From a virus (Duplodnaviria > Caudoviricetes), in IMG/VR virus record IMGVR_UViG_3300037067_017823, positions 25,145 through 89,144 of that record: a stretch of 64,000 nucleotides of DNA; one strand, 5' to 3'. A program made the translations under genes and the position numbers. Below, one piece after another: positions 39,680 to 49,598 of this stretch (positions within the stretch are counted from its first letter, which is position 1; each line of letters begins with the position of its first letter). The notes below the pieces were generated by a model. That model was not told the origin of the DNA and searched no databases. It saw nothing but the letters and a program-made list of their open reading frames with translations.

Positions 39680-39726
39680 TTCATCAAGCTGTATCAGAGT
39701 TCGCCGCTTCTGAATTAATAAACAAC

Positions 39727-40875
39727 CTAAACCGCATTAGATTTAGTTGCAACTTGTATTGCCGCCGCAACTTCATGTAATTTAGCACTTGCATTTGACA
39801 ACGCCGCTTTTGAGACAGGAGGTGCTCCAGAAGGAGCGAAATCAGCAAACGTAACGGCATCTAGAAATATTGCAACTTGTTCCAAAAGAGAAGGAATATC
39901 CGGCCCCATTGTTGTAAGAATTTTATTGGTTCCCGAAGCTCCCCCAATAACTGTAGTTCCATCAACAACAACATTATTAGCATGAATTGTTACTTTTTGA
40001 TTACCCTCAATATCTATTGAACCATTTCTATTAAATTTTATCTTAGTTTCACCATCTTTTGACTGAATCAATATGTCTTTTCTAGCAATGATCGCATTGT
40101 TGTCACTTATTTCATACCAAAGAGCTTCATCTTCTTGATTACCGAGATCCTCTATTATATTATCACTCTTAGAGGAAATATATGATCGACTCTTATCGTT
40201 GATGAAGTCTGGGTCTCCATTTTCTTTCTGAACACCAACAACAATATCTATGGCTTCACTTTCATCAGCTCCTGAATCTTTCGAATCAACTCGATCACTT
40301 CCTAAGACAATTCTCGCTGTATTCTTTGAAGCGACAATGGTATCTTGAAACCTTTTATCAAACTTAAATTGTTTTTTGAACTTACTATACTTCGTTACTT
40401 CTTGTTGTAAGTTTCCCCGAGATCTTGTAAGATCATCTATAGTTAAGTCTTGTTCTTGTGTCGGCACTCCAAAAGCAGCTGTAGTAGAACTATTCTGCGG
40501 AGCTGTATCTACAGAAGATGTTGCTGTGAGATAAGATTTATCTATATTTGGAAATCGATTAATCCAATATCCGAAATCAAGAGTACTTGTTTCAAATATA
40601 CATAAAACTTGTTCTGTTGGGAAAATTGGATTAACTATATAATCATTCAGTGGCCACAAAACTGTTTCTGAATAATCTGAAGTATCTACGCTTGGTTTTA
40701 TTATCTTTGCTTTTATTGAATTCTGTGGAGACTTTCCATCATTAAACTTCCCACCCACAGTATCAACATCAAGAACAATTGCTCGACAAACTATATATTG
40801 AAGATCAGTATTTTCAGACTGCTTAATTGAATTTGTTAATATTCTATTTGGAAATCTTGCAGATACAGTTGGCAC
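39727..40875 (-). CDS. Putative baseplate hub/central spike (gp5-like)
   Basis: N-terminal OB-fold-like segment, beta-rich middle, position just upstream of gp25. Confidence 0.55.
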   Translation of the reverse strand: MPTVSARFPNRILTNSIKQSENTDLQYIVCRAIVLDVDTVGGKFNDGKSPQNSIKAKIIKPSVDTSDYSETVLWPLNDYIVNPIFPTEQVLCIFETSTLDFGYWINRFPNIDKSYLTATSSVDTAPQNSSTTAAFGVPTQEQDLTIDDLTRSRGNLQQEVTKYSKFKKQFKFDKRFQDTIVASKNTARIVLGSDRVDSKDSGADESEAIDIVVGVQKENGDPDFINDKSRSYISSKSDNIIEDLGNQEDEALWYEISDNNAIIARKDILIQSKDGETKIKFNRNGSIDIEGNQKVTIHANNVVVDGTTVIGGASGTNKILTTMGPDIPSLLEQVAIFLDAVTFADFAPSGAPPVSKAALSNASAKLHEVAAAIQVATKSNAV

Positions 40876-40876
40876 A

Positions 40877-41179
40877 TCAGTTTACTTTCATTGCAGTTCC
40901 AATGAGAGATTCTTCTTCAAGTTCTTTTTTTATACATTCAGAAGAGCTTTGTTTTACTACATTTTCTTTATCAGCTTTGATTCTAAGTTTTTCAACTTCT
41001 ATCAATTGATCGTTTATTTTTACTAAAACATCAAGATAGCGTGCAAGAACCTGCCCACCGAGAGCATGTTCGCTTAAATCTTTTATTTTTGATTTTAGAT
41101 CTCTTGCAGCGTCTTCGAGGATTTTTCTATCATTTTCTATGTTTTCATAAAGAGTGTCGAGTTTTTCTTTCTTGTCCAT
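40877..41179 (-). CDS. Helical hypothetical protein, candidate terminase small subunit
   Basis: QVLARYLDVLVKINDQLIEVEKL recalls the gp16-family helix; weak resemblance only. Confidence 0.35.
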   Translation of the reverse strand: MDKKEKLDTLYENIENDRKILEDAARDLKSKIKDLSEHALGGQVLARYLDVLVKINDQLIEVEKLRIKADKENVVKQSSSECIKKELEEESLIGTAMKVN

Positions 41180-41182
41180 GAA

Positions 41183-41920
41183 CTAATTATTCTTTTCGTT
41201 ATTTTTTATCCATATCCTCTTTAGCTCATAATACTCTGACTTAAGCTTACTAATAGATAAAGCCACTTGTTTTGCATTAAAACCAGTCATGTTCCTTATA
41301 TAGATGAAAATTGCTTTTTTGTTGTAGATATCTATTGAATCTGGATTTTTTAGAAGCAAGAGAATTGCATCTAAAACAACTTGTTCTCGTTCTTTGAATA
41401 ATAGTTTTATGTCTGATAAGTTTTCTACGATATAATCTATAAAGTCTTTTTCGAAGAAAGATAACTGTTCACTGTCATAATCTTCTTTTGATTTATAAAC
41501 AAGTGAATTTGTAACTTGAAGATCACTTATATCTAAGAATTTTTTCTCATCTTTTTTATTCGTATTAAATCTTTGAAACAACCAATTTCTAGCAACAACA
41601 TTGAAGTATGAAAAAGCTTTTGATGCTCTTTCGCTATCATATGTGTCTATTTTTGTATAGAGAAATCTAACGCAATCATCTCGTAAAGATGAAACAGAAT
41701 CTAGATCAGAAGCTTTATATACGAAGATTAAGTTGTTTACAAGCGCAGTGAATGCTTTTTTAATTTGTGTTTCAAAAATTTCATTTCTCTTTGAAGTACT
41801 TTTTGTTTTTATAAATTTTAAAATATGTTCGTCAATTTCTCTAGTAAAATAATCTTGTTTGATGTTATGCTTTCTCGCTTGTTTCTTCCTCTTTATCAGA
41901 GCTAGCGAACTTAGAGCCAT
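41183..41920 (-). CDS. Phage sigma factor for late transcription (T4 gp55-like)
   Basis: YFTREID..RNEIF and SKAFSYFNVVARNWL resemble sigma region 2 (gp55 NPFAYFTQI). Confidence 0.65.
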   Translation of the reverse strand: MALSSLALIKRKKQARKHNIKQDYFTREIDEHILKFIKTKSTSKRNEIFETQIKKAFTALVNNLIFVYKASDLDSVSSLRDDCVRFLYTKIDTYDSERASKAFSYFNVVARNWLFQRFNTNKKDEKKFLDISDLQVTNSLVYKSKEDYDSEQLSFFEKDFIDYIVENLSDIKLLFKEREQVVLDAILLLLKNPDSIDIYNKKAIFIYIRNMTGFNAKQVALSISKLKSEYYELKRIWIKNNEKNN

Positions 41921-42194
41921 TGTTTTTCCTTATTGTTTCTAAATAGCTTTCAAATTGAAGTCTTGTGTTCTTCAATCTATCTATCAGATCAACAACATAT
42001 GGATCGTTCATTAGTAAATTTGTTTTGCACATTTTATCAAAAAACATATAGTTATCATGCACTTCTTCTTCCATCTTTGCAAAAAAATCAGTCAGCAAAC
42101 TATATTCTTTAATAAGTCTAATGTTGATTAATACACTAATACTCAAAAGCGGTATTAGTAAGCAGATAGCAATTATTGTTACTACTACTAGCAT
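41865..42194 (-). CDS. Hypothetical membrane-anchored protein
   Basis: N-terminal hydrophobic helix. Confidence 0.65.
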   Translation of the reverse strand: MLVVVTIIAICLLIPLLSISVLINIRLIKEYSLLTDFFAKMEEEVHDNYMFFDKMCKTNLLMNDPYVVDLIDRLKNTRLQFESYLETIRKNNGSKFASSDKEEETSEKA

Positions 42195-42209
42195 ATCGCT
42201 TATTGTATA

Positions 42210-42812
42210 TTATTTGTCTGGAAATGAAACGAAATTCTTTATGTGAGTTTCTACTTTTGTTACATCTTCGAATAAATCTATTACATCATTCCAACTATGA
42301 ACTCTGATACACTTATTTTCAATGTTCTTGTTTATCTTTTTGTTCTGAAGAGTAGAGAAGATTATGACTTTCTTATTTGCATTAACTATGTTTGTTATTT
42401 GTTTTGGATCATCATCTATGTGTATGTCGAAGTCAACCAAGTGTTTATCATGCGTATTATATATTTTGCTAAACTTTACTTTGAACTTCTTTAACCAGTC
42501 TATTGTTGGACCTATAGTTTCTTCTTTTTGAGAAGTTGTAATGATTATCTTGAAACCCATACTCCTAAGATAGTTTATACCTTTATAAGAATCTTTAATT
42601 GCTGGTGCGTTATCAAGAAATATCTCTTTAGCATTAGAACGAAAGAAATCATATATTTTCTCTTTTATTGGAAAGAAGTTCTCAAGTGAAAAACTCGTTA
42701 CTGGTTCTATAACTTTATGATCTGGATAGTGTTTTTTATATGTGAATATTAAACTATAGACGAAATCCCGTAAGACTCCATCAACATCAATTGATACTGT
42801 TTTTATTTTCAC
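42210..42812 (-). CDS. 5'(3')-deoxyribonucleotidase, HAD superfamily
   Basis: SIDVDGVLRDF motif I, IIITTS motif II, KH..IHIDDDP motifs III/IV. Confidence 0.88.
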   Translation of the reverse strand: MKIKTVSIDVDGVLRDFVYSLIFTYKKHYPDHKVIEPVTSFSLENFFPIKEKIYDFFRSNAKEIFLDNAPAIKDSYKGINYLRSMGFKIIITTSQKEETIGPTIDWLKKFKVKFSKIYNTHDKHLVDFDIHIDDDPKQITNIVNANKKVIIFSTLQNKKINKNIENKCIRVHSWNDVIDLFEDVTKVETHIKNFVSFPDK

Positions 42813-42882
42813 ATATTAATTATAACACTTCAGATTTCTTTGAAAAATCATTTATAGTGATAGGTGATAGAATATTAAACAA

Positions 42883-43731
42883 ATGCAGTCAATTCTTCAT
42901 AAAACCAACTTTTTATCAGAAAATAAACTTACAGATATAGCAAAAAGACGATCAATTTCACCGTCTGAAATAATAACTTTCGAAGAATGTCCTCATAAAT
43001 GGAAACTAATTTATGTTGATAGGCTCTCTAAATTCGAAACAAATATCGATTTTCTCTTTGGTAAAGCTGCTCACGAAGCAATTCAAAATGCATTTATAGA
43101 CAAAAACATAGAAAGAGTACAAGAGTTCTATAAACTATTTTCAGATTATATAGAAAAAGAAAAAGATAATCTTAAAAAGAAAGACTTTGATAAAATAGAT
43201 GAGCTTGTTCTCGATGCTCATTCGATCTTTGATAACTTTGATATTTCTGAACTCGTTGATTTAAAAGAAGTTGAAGATGTTGCAGTTGAAGAAAAACTTG
43301 TTGAAACAATAAACCCAAGATGGGTTTTTTCTGGTAGACTTGACTTGATATTCAGAGTTGAAAACAAAATAAAAATTTGGGACATAAAAACTGCTAAAAG
43401 TGCTTGGAAAATAGATAAAAAGGGTAACATCGCAATATTATCTCAACCTATTCTATATAAAGTTTTCTGGACAAAAAAGTACAACTTCGAAAAAATAAGA
43501 GATGTATCAACGGCATTTCTGATATTGAAGAAAAAAGCAAGAGAAAACGAACACATAGAGTTGTTTCCTGTTTCTTCAGGACCAATAGCTATACAGAGAT
43601 GTGTCAACAACATGAACTATTCAATCAATTGCATAGAGAAGCAAAAATTCTTGAAGTCTTTCAATAAATATGTTTGTAAGTGGTGTGAGTTTAACAACAC
43701 AGATCATTGTGTTGGAGAGAAATCTTTTTAG
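42883..43731 (+). CDS. Cas4-like/RecB-family PD-(D/E)XK exonuclease with 4-Cys cluster
   Basis: SPSE..ECP..W, GKAAH, GRLDL, WDIKT, C-terminal CKWCEF..HC. Confidence 0.85.
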   Translation: MQSILHKTNFLSENKLTDIAKRRSISPSEIITFEECPHKWKLIYVDRLSKFETNIDFLFGKAAHEAIQNAFIDKNIERVQEFYKLFSDYIEKEKDNLKKKDFDKIDELVLDAHSIFDNFDISELVDLKEVEDVAVEEKLVETINPRWVFSGRLDLIFRVENKIKIWDIKTAKSAWKIDKKGNIAILSQPILYKVFWTKKYNFEKIRDVSTAFLILKKKARENEHIELFPVSSGPIAIQRCVNNMNYSINCIEKQKFLKSFNKYVCKWCEFNNTDHCVGEKSF

Positions 43732-43777
43732 CTTTTTGTTGTTTCTTTCTTGAAAAAATAGTTTATAGTAATCAAAG

Positions 43778-44656
43778 ATGAATATTGAATCATTAATGAT
43801 AAATGGTGTTTATTTATGTGAAGAGTGCAAAAAAACAAGCATAGTCAAAAGTTTTAATACATATGCTGGTTTAGCAAATCATCTAGGAAAAATTCATAAA
43901 ATAAAAACAAAAGACTATATAACTGAATACGTTTTTAATAAAACTGTTCCAAAATGTAAATGCGGTTGTGGACAAGATGTATTGTGGGATAATACTAAAC
44001 ACAAATATAGAGATTATAGAACTGGTCATAATGGTCGAGGAAAAACAAAAGAAAGTGATGAAACTGTTAACAGAAGAGGAAGAAATATAAGCAGAGCTTT
44101 AAAAGGAAGACCAGGAAGAAAACAAACAGAAGAAACAAAGACTAAAATAGGTAAGAAAGTATCTTATAACTGGAAGAGAGGACTTTACGACAATAAAATA
44201 TTCTTAACACACGGGTACAAAAATGGTTGGTATACTTCTAAAAAATCTGGTACTAAATATCATTATCAGTCGTCTTGGGAAAAAGAAGTATTTTTATTAT
44301 TAGATCAAACAGACAACTTAAAGTGGTCAAGATATCAAGGGTCTATAAAATATTCTAATAATAAAAAATATTATCCCGACATATTATTTGAAATAAACGA
44401 TCAGCCATTCATAGTTGAAATAAAAGGACGAATTGATGATGAAAACAGTAAAGAAATTATAGAAAAAGAAAAAGCTGTAAAAGAACAAAATAGTAATGCA
44501 ACATATTTATTTATTACAAAGTTTGAAAATAGTTTTGTAATAATAGATGATATTCCTCTTTTCGCAAGTCTAAGTTATCAAAACAGAAAGAAGTATTTAG
44601 AGAAATGTATTCTCTTAAAAAACTTGTTAAGGAGTAATAATGAGCAAAAAGTTTAA
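43778..44656 (+). CDS. Free-standing TnsA-like endonuclease 6 (zinc finger, CKCGCG, NUMOD3-like)
   Basis: CEEC..H..H, CKCGCG, RKQTEETKTKI, YQSSWE..YYPDIL..VEIKG. Confidence 0.78.
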   Translation: MNIESLMINGVYLCEECKKTSIVKSFNTYAGLANHLGKIHKIKTKDYITEYVFNKTVPKCKCGCGQDVLWDNTKHKYRDYRTGHNGRGKTKESDETVNRRGRNISRALKGRPGRKQTEETKTKIGKKVSYNWKRGLYDNKIFLTHGYKNGWYTSKKSGTKYHYQSSWEKEVFLLLDQTDNLKWSRYQGSIKYSNNKKYYPDILFEINDQPFIVEIKGRIDDENSKEIIEKEKAVKEQNSNATYLFITKFENSFVIIDDIPLFASLSYQNRKKYLEKCILLKNLLRSNNEQKV

Positions 44657-45896
44657 GATCGTAAAAATACACGATATAAGTCTGGTACCGAGTGGTGTCG
44701 GTACACAGGCTAAAATTCTCACTGAAGGACTTCTCAAAACAGGAAAATATACATTTCGAGAAATTGGTGGAGCAATTAAGCACCCAAGTTATAATCCGAT
44801 AAAAGTTGAACCATATGGTGACGATTTCATAATTTTTCCCAAGGACGGTTTTGGCGATAAGATGTTTCTTCGTTCAATTCTCGATACTGAAAAACCAGAT
44901 GCAGTAATGTTGTTCACTGATCCAAGGTTCTTCGTTTGGGTCTGGGAAATGGCTGACGAGATTCTTCCTAGATGTCCAATCTTATATTGGCACGTATGGG
45001 ATAATCTTCCAGTTCCAAGATTCAATGATAACTTTTATAGAAGTACAACTTATACTTGTTGTATTTCAAAACTAACTCATCACATAATGAAATCTCTTAA
45101 TCATGAGAAGTGTTCGAGTTATGTTCCGCACGCTATTGATCACAATATTTTCAAACAACTTGACAAAGAAGAGTGCGAAAAACAAAGAGAGCAAATTCTA
45201 AAAGACAAGAAAGATAAATTCGTAATATTCTGGAACAATAGAAATGCAAGACGCAAAAATCCTTCAGATGTAATTTTCGCTGTTTCTGAACTAAACAAGA
45301 GAATAAATAATGATGCTGTCTTGCTCATGCACACAAACCCATTTGATCAAGAAGGACCAAACCTCATTGATAACATTGAAATGATGAACGCTAAAGATTT
45401 TGTTAGTTTCTCATCTGAAAGAGTTCCACCCGATAGAATGAATGTGCTTTATAATATTTCAGATGTCACACTAAATATAGCATATGCAGAAGGTTTTGGG
45501 CTTTCAAATCTCGAGTCGATGACTGCAGGAACTTGTGTTATTGCGAATAAAACTGGGGGACTGCAAGATCAAATAGATGAAACGGTTGAAGAAAAAGACA
45601 AATGGGGTTGGTTAATCGGACCAGATAATACAACTCTAGTTGGTTCACAGCAAATTGCATATATTAAAGAAGAGAGAGTAAATATTGAAACAATAGTAGA
45701 CACTCTTGAGCATCTTTATCGAACAACAAATAGAGAAGAGAGAAAGAGAAGAGGCCTCCTCGCAAGAGAGCATTCGATGAAAAACTTTGGTGTAGAAAAT
45801 ATGATTAAGACATGGGATGAAACGTTTACAGACGTAATAACGAACTATAAAGAAAAATATCATCATTTTGAAAACTGGAGAGTTCATGTTCTATAA
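44640..45896 (+). CDS. Glycosyltransferase, GT-B/GT4 family
   Basis: SGVGTQ, VPHAID, RNARRKN, AEGFGLSNLESMTAG. Confidence 0.92.
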   Translation: MSKKFKIVKIHDISLVPSGVGTQAKILTEGLLKTGKYTFREIGGAIKHPSYNPIKVEPYGDDFIIFPKDGFGDKMFLRSILDTEKPDAVMLFTDPRFFVWVWEMADEILPRCPILYWHVWDNLPVPRFNDNFYRSTTYTCCISKLTHHIMKSLNHEKCSSYVPHAIDHNIFKQLDKEECEKQREQILKDKKDKFVIFWNNRNARRKNPSDVIFAVSELNKRINNDAVLLMHTNPFDQEGPNLIDNIEMMNAKDFVSFSSERVPPDRMNVLYNISDVTLNIAYAEGFGLSNLESMTAGTCVIANKTGGLQDQIDETVEEKDKWGWLIGPDNTTLVGSQQIAYIKEERVNIETIVDTLEHLYRTTNREERKRRGLLAREHSMKNFGVENMIKTWDETFTDVITNYKEKYHHFENWRVHVL

Positions 45897-45910
45897 CTAA
45901 AGACGAAGAT

Positions 45911-46777
45911 ATGATTATTATTTGTAAAGAATGTGGAAAAAAATGCTCTAGCTATGTAAGTCTTGGTCACCATTTACGGCGTTCTGACAATCATATTTAC
46001 AACTCTTTAGAAAAATATATATTACACTATTTCTATGACGACAAGCGACCAAAATGTAAATGTGGTTGTGGTAAAGAAACAAATTTTCATAATCATGATT
46101 TTTTATCTTTCGCAAGAGGCTGCTCACCAAAAGTTGTAAATAGAACTAAAGAATTTAGAGAAAAAGAATCGAAAAGTCACCTAGGAATAAACAAAGGAAA
46201 TAAAGCTTGTTCTTGGTCAAACCACCCCGAACTTGATCGTGAAAGTATAAAAACAAAAACATCCAAAACTTTAAAAGATGGCTACAAAACTGGAAAATAT
46301 ACACATTGGTCTAAAAAGAATGAGAGTGAAGTAAAAGAGATAAAAAAGAGAATATGTGAACATTCTCAAGAAAATTCTTTCATAAGCTGTAAAAAAGGAT
46401 ATTATTACTCTCATAAAAATGAAAAAAAAATATATTATCAATCAAGTTGGGAGTTAGAAAAATTTATAGAACTTGATAATGATCAATTAGTAAAAAGCTG
46501 GTTAAAAAACGAAGTTATAATAAAGTATTTTAATTCACAAAAGAACAAAAACTGTCATTTTATAGTTGATTTCTTAGTAGAAAAAACTAATGGAGAAAAA
46601 TGTCTTTTAGAGATAAAAGGAATAATAGACAAAAATGCACTTGATAAAGCTGAATCTCTTTTTGAATATGCTAGAAAAAATAATTTGACTCCGTCATTTC
46701 AAACTAAAAAAGAACGAAATGGCTCGTTTGTTGATTTAACAGTAAAAGACATCAAAGAAAGATTAAAGGAGAAATAA
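45911..46777 (+). CDS. Free-standing TnsA-like endonuclease 7
   Basis: CKEC..H..H, CKCGCG, YQSSWE..FIVDFLV..LEIKG. Confidence 0.78.
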   Translation: MIIICKECGKKCSSYVSLGHHLRRSDNHIYNSLEKYILHYFYDDKRPKCKCGCGKETNFHNHDFLSFARGCSPKVVNRTKEFREKESKSHLGINKGNKACSWSNHPELDRESIKTKTSKTLKDGYKTGKYTHWSKKNESEVKEIKKRICEHSQENSFISCKKGYYYSHKNEKKIYYQSSWELEKFIELDNDQLVKSWLKNEVIIKYFNSQKNKNCHFIVDFLVEKTNGEKCLLEIKGIIDKNALDKAESLFEYARKNNLTPSFQTKKERNGSFVDLTVKDIKERLKEK

Positions 46778-46778
46778 C

Positions 46779-48041
46779 ATGAAACGGTGCCTGTTAAGTG
46801 CAGAAGTCCTTGCTCAATGTGGTTACGGAGTTCATTCGCGGCAAATTTTATATGCTCTATCTCAAAAGTTTGATACAGCGTCTCAAGCTTTAAGGTGGGG
46901 TGAGAACTCATTTATTATTGACGATACACCAGAGAAACAATTTATTATTGAATCAATTCGAAAACTATATATTTGGCAACAGTCAAAGATAAATCCTGAT
47001 TTTTCTGTTCAAGTGACAGTTCCTAATGAATGGAAAGCTATGGTTCCAGTTAATATTGGAATAACAGCTGGTATTGAAGTCGACAGAGTAAAACCTGAAT
47101 GGTTAATAAAATGTAATGAGATGAACCTAGTAATAGTTCCATCTGAATTTGCTAAACAGGGTTTTGAGAGAACTATGTATCAGACACCAGAAGGTTCAAT
47201 GTTGAGGCTAAATACTCCAATAGAAGTTGTTCCAGAATCTGTTGACACTTCTATTTTTAACGAGAAAGAAACAGAAGATCTTGACATTCCACAAATCACA
47301 ACAAAATTCAACTTCTTAACGGTAGGTCAATGGGGAATCGGTGACATTGATAGAAAAAACATTGCTCTCTTGATAAAGACTTTTAAGGAAGCTTTTAGTG
47401 ATCACAAAGACAAAGAAAACATTGGTTTGATCTTAAGAATAAACTCAATTACAGGTTCGCTCATTGATGAAGACTATACACTTAAGAAGATCAAGTCCAT
47501 CATAAAAGATTTTCCAGAATTTCCGAGAGTTTATCTCATTCATGGATTTTTATCTGAACAAGAACTCGCTCGTCTATATAAAGATTCAAGAGTTAAGTGT
47601 TTCGTATCTCTAACTAAGGGTGAAGGGTACGGACTTCCACTTCTCGAAGCTGCAGCATGCAATCTACCGATCATGGCTACAAATTGGAGCGGTCATCTTG
47701 ATTTTCTCAATCTCGGTCGCTGGATAAAACTACCTTATGAACTCAAAGAGATAACTTTCCAAAATGATCTTTTCCAACCAGGTTCTCGTTGGGCAAACGT
47801 CGATCTAAGCGAAACAAAAAGACATATGCTAAAAATTTATGATAACTGGTCGATTCCAAAAGGATGGGCCGAAGATCTCGGAATTAAGGTCCGTGAAGAA
47901 CTTAATATAAAGTCAGTTGAAAATAAATACTTTGACGTTTTTAATAAATACAACTTTATGTCTGATGTCGATATAGAAAAGAAAAATGAAATTGTTGATT
48001 CAATCTTTGGAGAAACAAATCTTGAAGAAGTTGTGAAATGA
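46779..48041 (+). CDS. Glycosyltransferase, GT-B/GT4 family
   Basis: CGYG, IVPS, DRKN, GEGYGLPLLEAAAC. Confidence 0.92.
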   Translation: MKRCLLSAEVLAQCGYGVHSRQILYALSQKFDTASQALRWGENSFIIDDTPEKQFIIESIRKLYIWQQSKINPDFSVQVTVPNEWKAMVPVNIGITAGIEVDRVKPEWLIKCNEMNLVIVPSEFAKQGFERTMYQTPEGSMLRLNTPIEVVPESVDTSIFNEKETEDLDIPQITTKFNFLTVGQWGIGDIDRKNIALLIKTFKEAFSDHKDKENIGLILRINSITGSLIDEDYTLKKIKSIIKDFPEFPRVYLIHGFLSEQELARLYKDSRVKCFVSLTKGEGYGLPLLEAAACNLPIMATNWSGHLDFLNLGRWIKLPYELKEITFQNDLFQPGSRWANVDLSETKRHMLKIYDNWSIPKGWAEDLGIKVREELNIKSVENKYFDVFNKYNFMSDVDIEKKNEIVDSIFGETNLEEVVK

Positions 48042-48050
48042 TCACGGCTT

Positions 48051-49598
48051 ATGAAGAAACTAATCTATGTTTCTGACTTCTTTGCTGACGAAATACCGAC
48101 GGGCGGCGCTGAGCTTTGTGATAAAGCTATAATTGAGTTTCTCTCTTCTCAATTCGACGTTCAAAAAATCAAGTGTATAAACGCAAAAACTCCTAATAAA
48201 GATCACACTTATATCATATCGAACTTCACTCAATTATCTCCAACATTCATAGACTCACTCATCGAAAATCAAATAGAGTATTTCTTGATGGAACATGATC
48301 ACAAGTATTGTGTTTATAGAAATCCGTTTCGTCATAACAAGCAACTAGTTTGTAACTGCTTCGATTACAACTCAAAAGTTCATATGCTTTATACTTTTGC
48401 GAAAGCTGTATTTTGTCAAACAGAGTTCCATAAGAATATCATTGATCAAAATGTATATTGTAATACTATCAATGTTGGTTCAAATTTATGGTGTGAAGAA
48501 GAAATAAATTGGCTGAAACAATGTAAGAAAAATAAATCAAGCGGTTCATTTATAATCTTCTCATCTCCATATCCTCATAAAAATACTCAGGGAGCGATCG
48601 ATTATGCCGAGAAAAACAACTTAAAATATATTTTGATTTCAGGTCTAAAGTGGAAAGATTATATTGAAACACTTAGCAATAGTGAGGGAATAATATTTTT
48701 CCCAATTCTTGCAGAATCAGCTTCTCGACTTGCTTTTGAAGCTAAAGTTCTTGGAAAAAGAGTCATAACGAATAAACTAGTTGGTTACACGTGGGAAAAA
48801 TGGTGGAATGATAAAGAAGTAGACATAGACACAATAATAAGTTGTGCTAAGAACAATATTTTAAGTGAACTCAATAAACAAAAGAAAGATGTCTCAGTTT
48901 TTTGTACTACTTTCAATTCAGAGAAATACATAAAAGGATATCTCGAAAATGTTTCTTCATTCAAAGATGTAAGTTATGAAGTTGTTATTTATGATGGTGG
49001 ATCAACTGATGGAACTGTAAATGAAATAAAAAACTTTATTGATTCAAATAAAAAACAGGATGTAATAAGATTATTCGAATCGAAGTCGAAAATAGGAATT
49101 TACAAAGGTTGGAACAGAGCGTTATCAAAGTGTAGTGCGAACTTAGTTGTTAATATGAATGCAGACGATCGCTTCTCTGAAACTGCTATTTATGAACTGA
49201 AAGAGTTTCTTGAAAAAGAAAATGTTGATCTTGTTTATTCAGATTCGTTTGTGACTGAAATTGAGAATGAAACTTTTGATAAACACACAAAGACTGGTGA
49301 GCTCGTTTGGCCTCAATATGACAAAGAACTTCTAAAAAAGATGTGCTTCTGTGGTCATTATCCTATGTTCAAGAAGAGCATTTTATTCAAAACAGGCTTA
49401 TTTAATGAGCAATTTAAAAGTGCAGCAGATTGGGATATGTGGATTCGAATGACATTAGTTGGAGCGAATCTAAAGAAGCTTAACAAAAAATTGGGTCTCT
49501 ATCTCTTTAACAAGAGTGGAACGTCTACTACAGAAAGTGGCGCTAGTCAAGTCAACATAATAGAGAGCAACTTTATAAGACAGAAGTATTCAAAATGA
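48051..49598 (+). CDS. Bifunctional glycosyltransferase: GT-B-like N-terminus fused to GT2 C-terminus
   Basis: GGAE..ESASRLAFEA; then TFNSEKYI, DGGSTDGT, MNADD. Confidence 0.85.
   Translation: MKKLIYVSDFFADEIPTGGAELCDKAIIEFLSSQFDVQKIKCINAKTPNKDHTYIISNFTQLSPTFIDSLIENQIEYFLMEHDHKYCVYRNPFRHNKQLVCNCFDYNSKVHMLYTFAKAVFCQTEFHKNIIDQNVYCNTINVGSNLWCEEEINWLKQCKKNKSSGSFIIFSSPYPHKNTQGAIDYAEKNNLKYILISGLKWKDYIETLSNSEGIIFFPILAESASRLAFEAKVLGKRVITNKLVGYTWEKWWNDKEVDIDTIISCAKNNILSELNKQKKDVSVFCTTFNSEKYIKGYLENVSSFKDVSYEVVIYDGGSTDGTVNEIKNFIDSNKKQDVIRLFESKSKIGIYKGWNRALSKCSANLVVNMNADDRFSETAIYELKEFLEKENVDLVYSDSFVTEIENETFDKHTKTGELVWPQYDKELLKKMCFCGHYPMFKKSILFKTGLFNEQFKSAADWDMWIRMTLVGANLKKLNKKLGLYLFNKSGTSTTESGASQVNIIESNFIRQKYSK

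Noticed and set aside
39647-39726. tRNA-sized stretch after element B containing GTTCG and short hairpins
   Set aside because: No acceptor stem, anticodon arm or CCA can be built; kept only as part of the repeated-element finding.
727-42494. Plus-strand ORFs in the minus-strand block (e.g. 2225-2629, 27618-28355), and minus-strand ORFs after 42883
   Set aside because: They are antisense shadows of real genes, low-complexity, without SD sites or recognisable motifs.
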